A DNA stretch of 64,000 nucleotides from Hydrolagus affinis (Eukaryota), in the NCBI GenBank assembly GCA_012026655.1, contig JAAILG010000155.1:1-64000 (forward strand), read 5' to 3'. The notes beneath the pieces are model-generated. The model was not told where the DNA came from and searched no databases. It worked only from the letters and a program-made list of their open reading frames with translations. A program made the translations under genes and the position numbers. Shown here one piece after another: positions 25,880-37,470 of this stretch (position 1 is the stretch's first letter; the number at the start of each line of letters is the position of its first letter).

Positions 25880-26150
25880 GGAGTTGGCATCAACTGTAAC
25901 TGATTTCTAAAGTTCTGTGGTTCCACACAGGTATTAAACAGTACTCCTCTGCACTGTAGTCCGTGTCCCCTTGCTGTCAATTTTGTGACCACATCAAACA
26001 TATCAATGGAGTCCAAAGGATCAAACATTCTTGTAAGTGTAGCTGATGTCGATGTCTGTACCTGACTTCCTACCATTCCACCCAATTGGATACAATGATC
26101 GACCTCCGACAGCACAATTTACGTTGCTGGAGGTCATTGCCAGGACACCT
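25880..26150 (-). pseudogene. Myb/SANT-like (trihelix) domain fossil, Harbinger ORF1-like
   Basis: ORF 25795-26115 SEVDHCIQLGG..QVQ..MFDVVTKLTARGHGLQCR, cf. EVxxLIxLW..VQ..VFExIxxKLxxRGHxRTxxQCR. Confidence 0.45.
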
Positions 26151-27035
26151 TAATATCAGCCGCTTGGCACACAAACCTAAAACACAATACGTTTAAAATG
26201 GCAACAACAACAAAATCACACCAAAGTTAATTTTCCATTTCAATATCCATTACTGACGCGAGTCATGAGAGAATTAAAGCTGGCTGTAGATCTAACCTCC
26301 AGAGCAACATTACGCTGCAATACATAAAGTGCATCGATTTTTCGAAGAAAACATCTGACGACTGGTTTGATGGGATGACAGTATCAATATAGACGGAGAG
26401 AAGCATTCAGTCGAACCATGAACAACAACAGCAACAACAGAATTGCATTTATTGTGCACCTTTCATGTCGGGAGGTCGTCCCAAGGCGCTGAATCACTTA
26501 AAGTGTCCATTACAGGCAGGTTAAGTGACATTAGAGTTCTACCTTCCTACTATGCAAAAAGACCCCACAATTACATAACATGGGCATACACTGTGTCCAA
26601 GCAAAAATGTCAACTTGACCTTTTAAGAAATAATCTATTTGAAAGGGTACTTTTTTAAAAAAAATTATGTTTAACTGATTTCCTTTTTTTCCCAAAAAGG
26701 TGGCTGGAAGCAGAACTCCCAGCCCTATCGCCCACAAAATACATGGTCAATCAATTTTAGAGTGTATTCTGTGAAGCGCTTTGAGATGTCTCAACAATGT
26801 GATGAGGCACTAGATGAAATGCAAGGTGAGTTACTGGAATGCTTCATTCACCTGCACTGTTCAGAAACTATCACTAGGAGGTGCAAAAGAGCAGGCTTCA
26901 GGTGATGGGCTGAATTCAGGATTGATATGGATGGTGAGTGAATGGAGAGTTATCATACAGCTATGAACACAGCATCCCACTTTTTGTAATAAACACAGCA
27001 AAGTAGGAACAGGAGAAGGCTATTCACCCCATTGT

Positions 27036-27303
27036 GGAGTTCTGTAGCTAAGCGGTTAGAGCACTCGCCTTGCAAGCGAGAGACCCGAGTTCAGTTCCAG
27101 CAGGGCGAAACCCTGGGCAAGTTTCCTTACTCTTCACGCTTGATAATAATCTCTCGAAGAAACCAATAATATTTTGGTTATTTCAATCCACGACTGTTTG
27201 TGGGATCCTGCTATGCACAATTGGTTTCCATGTTCCCTTTGAGACGTCCGGAAGACATGAAAACTAGCTATGTCCAATGCAAGGATTCTTCTTCTTATTA
27301 TTA
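27036..27303 (+). mobile_element. tRNA-Ala-derived SINE with an internal deletion
   Basis: Head with anticodon arm ctcgc-cttgcaa-gcgag (TGC); core shortened after ttggtttcc. Confidence 0.88.
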
Positions 27304-28274
27304 TCATATGGTACCTCATGGTTCTATGGGTCTTTCATTCTGTCTGTCTGGAATGGTGGAGTGCTGAATATCTGCTGTAACTGAATCAAGGATCGGGGAG
27401 GCATGACGAGGTGCGTTGAAGCCGTGTCCTAAAGTGGCAAAGGGCAGCCACCAACGCAATGCCTCGTGACATCAAACTGATTTAAAAACACTCCTGAAAT
27501 GTTATGCTTGGTTGTCCCCAGTCTGCGCAGGGCTGCTGTTGACCCAGTGTTAACAGTTAATCCCTTGAAATGCAGGGCTCTTGTGTGACATAGACTCAGG
27601 CAGTGAATCACGACACAAGTGCGCATAATTGAGAATTCAAATTCACAGCCATCCTGTTTTTGAAACACACGGGTCTCATATACAGGAATAGAAAAGTGGA
27701 GCGGCATGACCAGAGGATCATTATCCCAAACACGCCCGACAGTCAGGAAAGGTTGAACGGCAAAGGCTTCAACCCACTTTTCGGCTCTCTGGAGACAGAC
27801 AGACCCACACGGATTTGTAGAGTTGCACAGTAAAGCTAATTAAAAACTGGGAGCAAATCGCAGTTTTAAAACTTTCTCTCTCTCTCTCTCCACCCCACCC
27901 TCTCTCTTCCTCTCCTGCCCCCACTCCGAGCGTTCAGATGGTTCTTAACAATGCTTTTAAGTTTTTTTCTTCGTTGTTTATTTGTTATACGTCATCTGGG
28001 CAAGCACTGCCAACCATCTGTTGCTCCCTCTCGGCACGTGTGCCCACGTCTTTCATACAACGTGAACAGAGGACGCATAATAAAAATCATGCAAAATGTC
28101 CTTTAAAAAGTTTCTTTCATAACGCACTCACGCCTGACATTGTCGCTTGCTCCCGTGTCTTAACATTTCGATTACATCCGCAATATTAGTTAGTCATGAT
28201 TTGTTTGTCAGAATCCTAGCATCGACCCCAGCTCGGGCCTGAAACAATGACTGTCCAGCACCTTTGGACATCCT

Positions 28275-28576
28275 TTCGCCCACAAATATACAATCGGCTT
28301 TCCTGCTCTCCTACCCCGACCCCTCCGCTTGCCATCTTTCCCCCCTTTTTCCCCTAATCCCACTTCCATGACTGTTTGTGGGACACTGCTGTGCGCAATT
28401 TGGCTGCCGCGTTTCGCCCACAAATATACAGTCAATTTTCCTACTCACCTTCATCCTGCACCGAACCCTCCCACCCTGCTCTTGTCCCTACCTGACTGTA
28501 CAGAGCCTTGGGACATCCTCTCGACGTGAAAGGCGCTATATAAATGTAAGTTTTGATTGATTTGATTGATTGATTG
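28275..28576 (+). mobile_element. Composite SINE-like element: repeated Deu-like core, pyrimidine spacer, L2 tail, (GATT)n
   Basis: Near-identical to 53056-53408. Confidence 0.8.
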
Positions 28577-29049
28577 TCTTTGACAGAAATAATTTGAATT
28601 GGGTACCTTTCCCAAGGTATTTCCTTGACCTCAGGCCCCTGATATACAAGATTACAAGATGTGATAATAACAAGAACAATAATCTTCGCAGTTGATAATG
28701 TGCCTTTCACATTGTGAGGACATCGCAAGGCACTTCACTGACTGCATTTCATAAGAACAATAGGCAGCCTCGGGAAGTGTGTATGTTTGGTGGTGGTGGG
28801 GTGATGGGGGGGGGTGGGGGGGGGGGGGGTGACAGCGGGCAAGGACGTGGACGGGAGTTGGGAGAAAGCTCATTAAGAACAGCTTTTCCATGCCAACCTA
28901 TTGTGATCTCCCAATCAGCTTCCTCCATAACACAGCACTCGACTGTCACAGTATACAGTACAGTACTTTGTGCTTTTTATTGTTTGCTTACAAGACGCTG
29001 AGTGGTGTCAGGAGGGAGGGGAGGAATGAGGGTGGGGGGGGTTGGGGGG

Positions 29050-29520
29050 GGGGGTGCAATGTGACGAAGTTGCTACTTAGTCGGGGGTTGTGCGGAGTCA
29101 GAGATTACCAGCTTGCCACAGCCCTTGGTCTCACTGGTACCATCTGCCTCCCTACTCAGTGGAGCCGTACAGGCACAGCAGCTCTGCCCTGTCAAGCCTG
29201 AGACAGTGGCAGTGGAAATTCTGACGTCAGGAGCACTGCACGCCTCATTAAGATCTCACGTTAGGAGCCCATTTGCAAAGTGCTATTAAAGAAACACAAG
29301 TTGGAGGGAGGTTGGGGGGGTTAAACAAGATTTGAAAGAGAATTTGCACGAGGTTTGAAGACAGCAGCTCTGCATGTCTCGCTCTCGCTAACCTTGAAGC
29401 TTTTGTCATGTTGCAGCACGCCAATGACAATGAGATAATAGTGTTCATTTATCTTGCCCAAGGCATCCTGCCGCTAGCCATACTTTAGCCTAGAGCAGTG
29501 GGCAATCAATGCAAACTTCT
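29050..29520. promoter_or_regulatory. Candidate regulatory element with a full CRE palindrome
   Basis: CTGACGTCAG at 29221-29230 in repeat-free DNA, next to G-runs. Confidence 0.3.
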
Positions 29521-29574
29521 GGCTTCTATTTGGAAAACTTACAGGACAAAAGATCAAGAGATACAAAAGTACAG

Positions 29575-29769
29575 AGAGATGTGTGTGTGTGTGTGAAAGG
29601 CAGACAAACAGACACAAACACACACAGTAAGGCAGAAAGGGAGAGAGAGAAGATGTGAGAGAGAATCAGAGAGATGAGAGAGAGACACACACAGGGTGAT
29701 GATAGAAAGAGTTGGCACAGAGCACAGCGAGAGTGAGAGAGGCACACAAATACACACTGATGAGAGAGT

Positions 29770-29807
<38 letters not shown>

Positions 29808-29920
29808 AAAATGAAAGTAACAAAGAAAAAAAGAAAGTTGGAGAGAGGGAGAAGGAGTGAGTGCAAGAGAGAGCGAGAGGGAGAAAAAAGAGGAAAAGAG
29901 AAACAAAAGAAAGAGAATGC
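29575..29920. repeat. Purine-rich low-complexity tract with (GT)n and (AGAC)n
   Basis: (gt)n ~29580-29595, (agac)n ~29771-29805, GA-rich flanks. Confidence 0.9.
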
Positions 29921-30139
29921 CAAGATACAAATACCCAAAGAACATGAAGCTGTCAACTGTGGAGCCCACCTACTGAGTGCTTTTTTAGCATCTTGGCCTG
30001 GTGTTCTGAGTGAACACAGGAAGCTCAGCTGCTCCGCACACAGGGTGAGACTTATGTAACTCACAGAGCTCCTGCACACAAGAAAATATTCACCAAAATA
30101 GGAGATTGGATTGTTCTCTCAAAAGGTTGACAGGATAAT

Positions 30140-30825
30140 CTTATTCAGAGTAGCTGAGCCACGCAGATTGGGGTACTGCTTCTGATCATTATTCAGTGAC
30201 TCCGTGCGGAGTGTGTGAGTGTTTAGATCATACACGGGCCTCTTGGTCAAAAGGTTATGGTTTCAAGTTCCACACTGGGCACTTCATTGAGCTCATAGGC
30301 CAGGCTGATGGAAGCACTGCACTGTTGGAGTTCTCCTTTTGATGAAGCATGTTTAGATGGACATTAAAGATCCCATGGGATGATTTGAAAAGGGGAGTTT
30401 CTCCCCGAAGTCCAGGTTACCAATCGTCCACATAAAATTGGTCATTCACTGTTTGTTGTGCGCAAATTGGCTGCCACATTTACCTTGAGTCACTGTTCTT
30501 TAAAGGAAAACTCAGTGAAGGGCTTTGAGCCATTGACATTATAAAACCTATAGAAAAATGCAAGTACTATTAGTGTGCATGTACCGGTTGTGTGATGGGC
30601 ACGTGGGAATTGAGTTGTATGTGTGAGGTGTGTGTTGTTTGTGTGGCAGGCACAGGGGGTAAGGTGCTTGTTTGAGTGTGTGTGGGGGCATCGGATGAAG
30701 AAAAGGTATAGCTGGGTTTTGATGGACTCACTGGGCTGTGGACACACATTGTCGAGACTCACACACTCAGGTGAGACACATGCGGACAACTAGTTCCTAT
30801 GAAACCATACCCCAAGGAAGGGTCA
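30140..30825 (+). mobile_element. LF-SINE-like relic interrupted by a DeuSINE
   Basis: ctgcttctgatcattattcagtgactcc..gtgtg before the DeuSINE; gtgtgtgggggcatcggatgaag..gacacacattgtcgagactcacac..atgaaaccatacccca after it. Both match the recalled LF-SINE consensus. Confidence 0.55.
30230..30572 (+). mobile_element. Old DeuSINE
   Basis: gatggacattaaagatcccatggg..ggggagtttctcccc..gtgcgcaaattggctgcc..aaatgcaagt. Confidence 0.8.
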
Positions 30826-31011
30826 AAACTAATCGGCAAATTGTTACCAGAGGCACCATTCTGAACATAGATGTTTACTTATAAAATATCTCTTTTTTGT
30901 GAAAACAATTTCTTCTCTTGCACCTGCTCTCCTGAAGGAATTGCTTCATGCTGCGATAAGATACTTTTACAACAGTGTGGAGGGGGCATCATTCATTTTC
31001 TAACCTATGGT

Positions 31012-31140
31012 CTCACTGACCTGGGAGTGTGGACAGACAGTGTCGAGGGAGCTTAACTCTGTCTCTAAACTATGCTGTAGCTGACCTGGGTGAAATTTAT
31101 GGGTGTGGACAGTGTAGAGAGAGCTGTATTCTGTATCTGA
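31012..31140 (+). repeat. Two diverged units of a ~70-bp tandem repeat
   Basis: ctgacctggg..gacagtgtcgagggagcttaactctgtctct / ctgacctggg..gacagtgtagagagagctgtattctgtatct; resembles a repeat recalled from shark genomes. Confidence 0.6.
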
Positions 31141-31569
31141 TGGTGATTGGAGACATCTAACATGGAAAAAACATTCCATTCACATCCCTGGGATCTCTCA
31201 CTTTGATAAACAATAAATTCATGAGGAGAGGCAAACTTATTTTTAATATAAAGAAGTGTGCGTGACCCAGCAGACAGCATTAATCCGCTGTAAATCTCCG
31301 GCACTAGTGAAGTGCCCACCCACACTGTAACTGGCATGTTATTGCTGCAAGGGCCTGAAGGGGTCAAAGCGAATCTCATTGTCTTTTTCACTTGAGCAGA
31401 GCAGGCAGCAGCTTCACTCCTGGGGAGGTAATCTATGGTCCACCTACTGCGGAGGCGGAACGCAATCCATCCAACACCTCCTCTCCAACAGCAAAGCCCT
31501 TCAGATATATCAATCATAACAGTGAATCCAACAGAGAAAAATATTCTCTCCTCCTTAACTCACTCTCAG

Positions 31570-31722
31570 TTCCTCCATAGGTTTCCACACGTAGGGCTTC
31601 AGTTTGTTCGCCCACAAAATAAACCGTCAATTCACTTTACAGTCTATTCTGTGAAGTGGTTTGAGATGTCTCAACAACATGATAAGGCTCGACATCAAAT
31701 GTAAGGATTGTTGTTATTATTA
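31570..31722 (+). mobile_element. SINE 3' fragment
   Basis: ttcgcccacaaaat..gtcaattcactttacag..aaatgtaaggatt. Confidence 0.75.
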
Positions 31723-32389
31723 TATTGGAGCAGTGTTACAGTGAGTATAACCTGCTCAATTCATTGATTAGAGAGGATAATAATAATAAGGAACAATAGA
31801 AGCCACTTCAAACTTTGCAGGGCTATTTTTCCCTTATGGGAATGTTGTGGCATTTTGATAGTTATTGCAATGATGAGGACACAGGTTCTCATTCCCAGTT
31901 TTCCCGCTACTCTGAATGTAGTTAAGTCAGTGAATTTTTTGACAGATTTCCCTGGGCTAACATTGCGTAATGGGTCACCTGTGGAAGGAAAATTGTGGCA
32001 TCACCCACACAGTTTGTCTCGCTCAAAGCAACACTGAGGAGAAGCCTTCAGATGGCAACACTTGCAGCATCCCCATTAAAATGATGGTGAAATGGTAGTA
32101 GAGGGAGAAAGAAGAGTTAAACATTGGGAATGATTGATAGTTACAATGTTGAATTTATCCACACAGACTAAATAAAGGCAGGGTTAAAATATTTTGACAA
32201 CATTCTCAGGAACAGTGATGATTTCACTTTGACTGTTCTATATTGAGCTAGTTAGCCAAGCAGCATCTCTGATCTTCCTGACTCCTTTGCATTGGACAAA
32301 CTCTGAAGCTGCCTCACATCTTAATAGTTATTGGCTGGAGGCCAACTGCGTCTCAGATCTATACTCAGTAGTAAGATGTTTACCAGGAA

Positions 32390-32750
32390 GCTTGGCATGA
32401 AAGCAAGGCAGACGTAATGCAGCTGCTATGAAAGATCTGATCATCCTTCAAACAATACAGGGCCTGTGCACATGGACTGCGAAGACAGCCAGGAGCAACA
32501 GAAGAGAGGCTCGATGACATTGAGCAAAATGTGTAATAAGATTGTAATCACCAAGACCAAGGTTGATTGACAGTGGCCTTGAGGACCACAAAGAGATGAG
32601 AGTTGAACAGAGGTGAGATATGAACTGAAATACACGCAGCTCAAGCTGTACAATAAGAACCTGAGCAACTGAGAAACTCAAGGTGTGCACATTGCTTGAT
32701 GGATTGGTCCACTGGTACTGTAAATGTCAGTACTGGACACCGACATTGTG
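32390..32750 (+). pseudogene. Myb/SANT-like domain fossil, Harbinger ORF1-like
   Basis: Across frames: AWHESKADVMQLL..EERLDDIEQNV..RLIDSG..RVEQR..ELKYTQLKLYNKNLSN..RC..GHRH, cf. W..E...LL..EQLD...N..RL.E.G..R.VEQC..LK..Y...KD.N..SGN..C..LGHRP. Confidence 0.45.
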
Positions 32751-32789
32751 ATCCAGCGGCCTCGAGATGCAATTCAACCATCCATTTTC

Positions 32790-32962
32790 TATCCCCAACT
32801 GTTTGTAAGATACTGCTGTGGGTAATTGGCTGCTGAATTTTCACCCACAGAACATACAGTCAATTCTCTTTACAATATATTCTGTGAAGCGCTTTGATCT
32901 GTCTCAATGACGTGATATAGTGCTATATCAATTGCAAGGATTATTATTACTATTATTATTAT
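32790..32962 (+). mobile_element. SINE 3' fragment
   Basis: actgtttgtaagatactgctgtg..ctgtgaagcgcttt..gcaaggattattatt. Confidence 0.8.
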
Positions 32963-33289
32963 CTCTGTAACATGACCATGCCCGACAATTGGTATGTCTA
33001 CTTTGGGACTGAAATACATTGAACGGAATCATTCTGGGTTGTATTTGGCTGCGAGCACTTTAATCTTTTAGTGTCACAACAGTTCACAAAAGATGATGCA
33101 GCTCAACTGTGCACTTAAACAGATTATTCTGAAGTTTAGGTTACGCCAATAACTCAAGTTTTCACATTGCTTATTTGCACTCTCGGTATCACAGGCTTCC
33201 TTCTTAGGAGCTTAATTAAGTAAACTGACACATACTTTGAACTGAATTGTATCAGAGAGATTTGGATGACTGAATCTATGGTGAAGCTA

Positions 33290-33435
33290 CAGCTAAAGAC
33301 CTTTCTCTTCGACCATGCCTTTGGTCACCTTTCTACCCCTTGCCCCTGGCTCGGTCCCAGGATCTGGTACTGTGAAGCGCTCTGAGACGCCGTTCGGCGT
33401 GGAGAAAGCGATATAAATCAAAGTTGTTGTTGTTG
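33290..33435 (+). mobile_element. L2 3' end
   Basis: ctaaagacctttctcttcgaccatgcctttgg..gcgatataaatcaaag(ttg)n. Confidence 0.75.
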
Positions 33436-34077
33436 CAGTCTGGGGCCTGAAGCAGCAGTCTGGGGCCTGAAGTTCTGCATGGTTTTAGTCTTAAAATCGC
33501 TGTCTTAAAATACAAGACTGTGCGGGATGTTAGAAAACTATTGAATTCAGTATGATTTTAGAAGCTGATGAGAACTTTTTGATGAACATTCGAAAACTGA
33601 CTAAAAAATTCAATTCCGAGTAACTGTTGCTTGAATCAAATAGGTCCTAATCCGGAGTGCCTGGTGCTATTGTGTATGCAGGTAAGTTTATACAGTGGAT
33701 AATGTCCATTAACACGATTAGAAGTATGTCACAGAAAGGAAACAATTTGGTTTTGACGCCAAGCCTTTGTCACGTAATTGCTGCTTATGCTCATTTCCTT
33801 CAATTATTCCCACCAATTTACTCCCTTTACCTCATCTCTCCCGAAGGTACACGCCTACCTGAGGGAGCTATTTACATTGGCCCTGACAGCCCCCAGGTCG
33901 CTTGTTCATGTGGCTGCCCTGGAAGATATTCTCTCTCTTCTTACAGTGGGGGAGTTGAGTGAGGTGAGTGTGGCGCAAGATTGCAACTGACTTTAATGTC
34001 CCACTAACAACAATAACTTGTATTTATACAGCGCACTTCACACGGGCTAGCATCTTCCCGGAAGGCAACAACAGCCT

Positions 34078-34130
34078 GGACAAAACACAAAATACTACAG
34101 ATGTTGGGAATCTGAAACAAAAAAATGCCT
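34078..34130 (-). mobile_element. Penelope-like repeat, 3' tail remnant
   Basis: aaaatactacagatgttgggaatctgaaac is the reverse complement of the tail at 55670-55700. Confidence 0.55.
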
Positions 34131-34350
34131 GGATCCTGATCCCAATCACATGCCAGTGATGGAAAGGTCCGCATGTGAAGATGGGATCGGTCCTGGGATC
34201 AGGATGCCATCTCCCTCTTACATCCAAAGCTTGAACAGCTCAAACACTCACAGGGCTTGGTCCTCATAATAAGAAGAGTGGATGAGGAGCTAGTAGCCCA
34301 TTGTACTGGCCTCCAGCATGAAGGAAAGTCCTCCAGAAAAGAAGAGAGAT
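34128..34350 (+). mobile_element. LF-SINE-like relic
   Basis: ccagtgatggaaag..gggatcgg..gatgcc..cactcac..ccagca..cctccagaaaagaag follows LF-SINE 3'-half motif order. Confidence 0.45.
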
Positions 34351-34594
34351 CAAGAATCTTTCAGTGGGGGGGAGGGGGGTTAAAAGGGTAAGAAAGAACA
34401 CTGCTTGGAAAAACAATCAATTCCATTTCCAACCAAATCTGAGAAATCACAGACAATAAAATCCTGTTGAACAACGGATAAATGCAATAAATCTGCCAAA
34501 CTCCTTCACATTACGTGGGAGAGAAAGTGAGCTGCAGAGTTCACAGTGATTTAAAGCGGAAGGCTAGGAGCTCTGAACAAGATCCAAGTGAAAA

Positions 34595-34830
34595 TTGCTA
34601 AGTCAGGATTGGCTTTTGCATGGCATTGGGATTGTAGACCCTTTGTTGCTCCAGCTGCTTAGGACAGAACTGTGCATAGGTATTTCAACAACAAGTACAG
34701 TAGTTAGTGATCAGACTCACCAGTTTGCGCTGACACCACTTGCAGATACCACACATGGCGACCATTGCGGAGAGACACACAACCACAGCTGCCGAGATCA
34801 GAACCGTGTCTAGGGTCAGCGAGCCTGCAG
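34595..34830 (+). pseudogene. Harbinger-like transposase fossil (HTH region)
   Basis: ELCIGISTTSTVVSD, cf. LFGVGxSTVCxIVxE. Confidence 0.3.
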
Positions 34831-35689
34831 GGCAACAGAGGGCAAAGGGAACCATTAGTATGAAAGAAAGCTGCAGTTCTATAACTCATGCCTGATCGCA
34901 AAGTATCTCAAAGATGTTTACAGTAATTAAGAGTCAATGTAGTAGTGACTTGTTGGCTATCAGCCATGTGGTGAATGCTCAATTTTATCCAGGGGATTGT
35001 TGGTCTGGGGGAAGAGAAACTCCCTTCTCCTTTCCAATTCAGAAATGTTCATATTTTTAGATTTAACATCTAAAAAACAGAGACAGAATCTCGTCAGAGT
35101 GTCGGACCTGCAGTGTGTTCCCAGTGACTTCGTTTTTATGTTGAATTTATTCTTGTAGCCACTTCAGACAGGACCAGTGAGATAGTGTTAGGCAGCAATG
35201 GGAGCTCGCTGACTTGGAACAGACGGTAGCTTCATCTTGAGTGTGTATTGTACTTCAAGGCATACTTTCCTCTGATAACCGAGTGTTGTGGACATGAAGC
35301 TCTGATTAATTAGTTGCTCTCTTGCTTCCTACAGTTGATATGCAGGGACTGTACCCACAGTGTGCTCAGGGACATCTCAGGACAGTATGTAACGCACTAA
35401 AGTAGTTGTGAGCCATTTGAAGCACTAAGAGCTATAATTGCCATGAGCTACCCTCTTTAATAACCTACCTTTGCAGCTGGACAGCTATACCTTGGGGTTT
35501 AGGGGAGGCTTTGTTTGCACTTTAGGCTGTTGTGTTTTGTCCAAGATTAAAATATTGGGATTAATATTGAGAATTGAACCTGTGATTTTAATTATGCAGA
35601 GGAATATGGCATGGAAACAAACCACTCAGCCCAACCAGTCCATGCTGGTATTTATACTCCACATGAGTTCCCTCCCACATGTTCAAATC

Positions 35690-36020
35690 CACTCACTCTC
35701 TGGCATCTACCTGCCTATCCAACCTCCTCATTCCCCAATCCAACACCTGGTGCCTTCGCTTGACTGGCACCTGCCTTCTGCTCGACCCTTGCACCCTCCA
35801 CTCCACCATCAGAGGTCCTACTTTCAGCCACTAGGCTCTGAAACTCTGGAACACTCTCCCTCAATCCCTTCACCTTTCCATCTCTCCTCCCCCCACTTTG
35901 CAAATCCCATCTGAAAACTTTCCTCATTGACTGTGCTTACGGGCATTTCCCCTCAAATCCCTCCAGCACTGTTAATCGCTCTGAGTCATTACCCAGCGTG
36001 GAGGATGAGTTGTTGTTGTT
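35690..36020 (+). mobile_element. L2 3' end inserted into a CR1 3' remnant (35590-36200, minus strand)
   Basis: ctccaccatcagaggtcctactttcagcca..caaatcccatctgaaaactttcctc..(ttg)n; CR1 tail ccactcagcccaaccagtccatgc upstream and cattctgaccaccctttg downstream. Confidence 0.65.
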
Positions 36021-36289
36021 ATACTCCTGTATTCCTCTGTTCGTCACACATGCATCAAGTTTTCTTTTAAATGCATTGATACTTTCCAACCATTGCATCC
36101 AGCAGTGAAATCCCCATTCTGACCACCCTTTGTCTAAAGAAGCTCCCTCCTAAACCCTCAATTACTGTTACTGATGTTACTGATGATCATATTTATGGCC
36201 TATAGTTTTGGACACAGCAACAACTGTAAACAGCCTATAACAGAATAAATTCTATTGTATATATTTTTTTCAATCGAGGAGGGTGAATG

Positions 36290-36620
36290 ATCGAAGCCTA
36301 AGACACCAGACCTCAGTAAGTGTAATGCATCCCACCTACACATGGAAATTCCAGAGATCGATTGTTGGAATAGAATGTGCACATTCTCCCTGAAGGGACA
36401 CAACCCGCCCACACAATTCCAGAAACTATTCGGCGCAGCTTGGCAGAAGCCAAAGGTTGGAGCCCCAGACGGTGTGTTGGGGTAACTGCTGGAGTCTAAT
36501 CAGCTCAAACCATGCAGCGTGCCATTGATATTGTTGCATATGGAAGAAAGTGGTTTTCGACATGAAATTTCGGCTGTGGTTCCATGACGTTGTAACTGAA
36601 GGGAGGTACGACCCAGATTT
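36290..36620 (-). pseudogene. Harbinger-like transposase fossil (N-terminal/HTH region)
   Basis: ORF 36426-36740 W..SRNFMSKTTFFHM..LWLLPSCAE*, then LEFP; cf. W..NFRMSKxTFxYL and LxxLASCAEYR; shares the 25-nt block with 1634-1658. Confidence 0.55.
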
Positions 36621-37199
36621 TTTTGCTGTCGGCTTGCAGTGCAATTTGAGACTGAGTGCCCTGAAACCAACATTCAGCTCAATGAGGAGAAGGAAAAGTG
36701 AGTTCCTTGTTAGGAAGATTACAATGAAATGTGACAACATGTAAACTCCTGAAGAGCAGAATGTCTAATGGCAATGATTACCGTATAATAAGTTCTAACA
36801 GTCGTAATCACATCAGCAGAGTTGCCCATGTGAAGTACATATTGTCTGTCCAGATATAATAGTTCCCCTAAAACAAATGTAACAGGAGCCCACGCTTGGC
36901 AGAAGAGGTGGGCGTGTACTTAATGGTGAACTGTAATACTGTGTGCTCAGCTCACTTCACGGCTAATTAGCTTCTGAAGCCTTCATGACATGAGATTAGC
37001 CAAATTGCCCTCAGCAAACACCTCTTCCTCCCCATAACACAGGATGCCAGCAATCAACTGCACCATCAACGTTTATTTTTCAATGTTTAATAATGATCTG
37101 TAATTTTCTGTTTAACTGGAACGCAATGTCAACGAGTGGTTCTCAGTAGTCATTAAGACCCCCTCCTCTCCTCTTACATATTATCCCTTCCCCTCGTGA

Positions 37200-37470
37200 T
37201 GAGGCTGATTAATCACTGAAATACAATTCCATGGGTGCCCATCATCCTCAGCCCAAGTTCTTCATATACTGTCTGCACAGATGGTTTCAGCGCTTTGGGC
37301 GTCCTCCCGACATGAAAGGCACTATACAAATGTAATTTTGTTGTTGTTATTCGCAGTTTATTCAACAGAACTCAACTCAACTCAGCCCTCACCCAACACC
37401 GCACTTACACACCTTCTGGTAAGGTCATAAGAGAGGACACAATACAATAGGAGCAATACGGAAAACCAAA
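37200..37470 (-). mobile_element. LF-SINE-like relic with a solo L2 tail inserted (~37288-37350)
   Basis: tacaattccatgggtgccc..ttcttcat..ccctcacccaaca..cacttacacaccttc matches the reverse complement of the LF-SINE 3' half. Confidence 0.5.

Noticed and set aside
27036-27110. tRNA-Ala(TGC) gene
   Set aside because: The tRNA-like head runs straight into a SINE body, lacks a proper acceptor stem and terminator, and recurs many times
28652-29201. Pro-rich or Gly-rich ORFs
   Set aside because: They derive from poly-G runs
29526-30079. Overlapping hydrophobic or Lys/Arg/Glu-rich ORFs
   Set aside because: Artefacts of GA/AGAC low-complexity sequence
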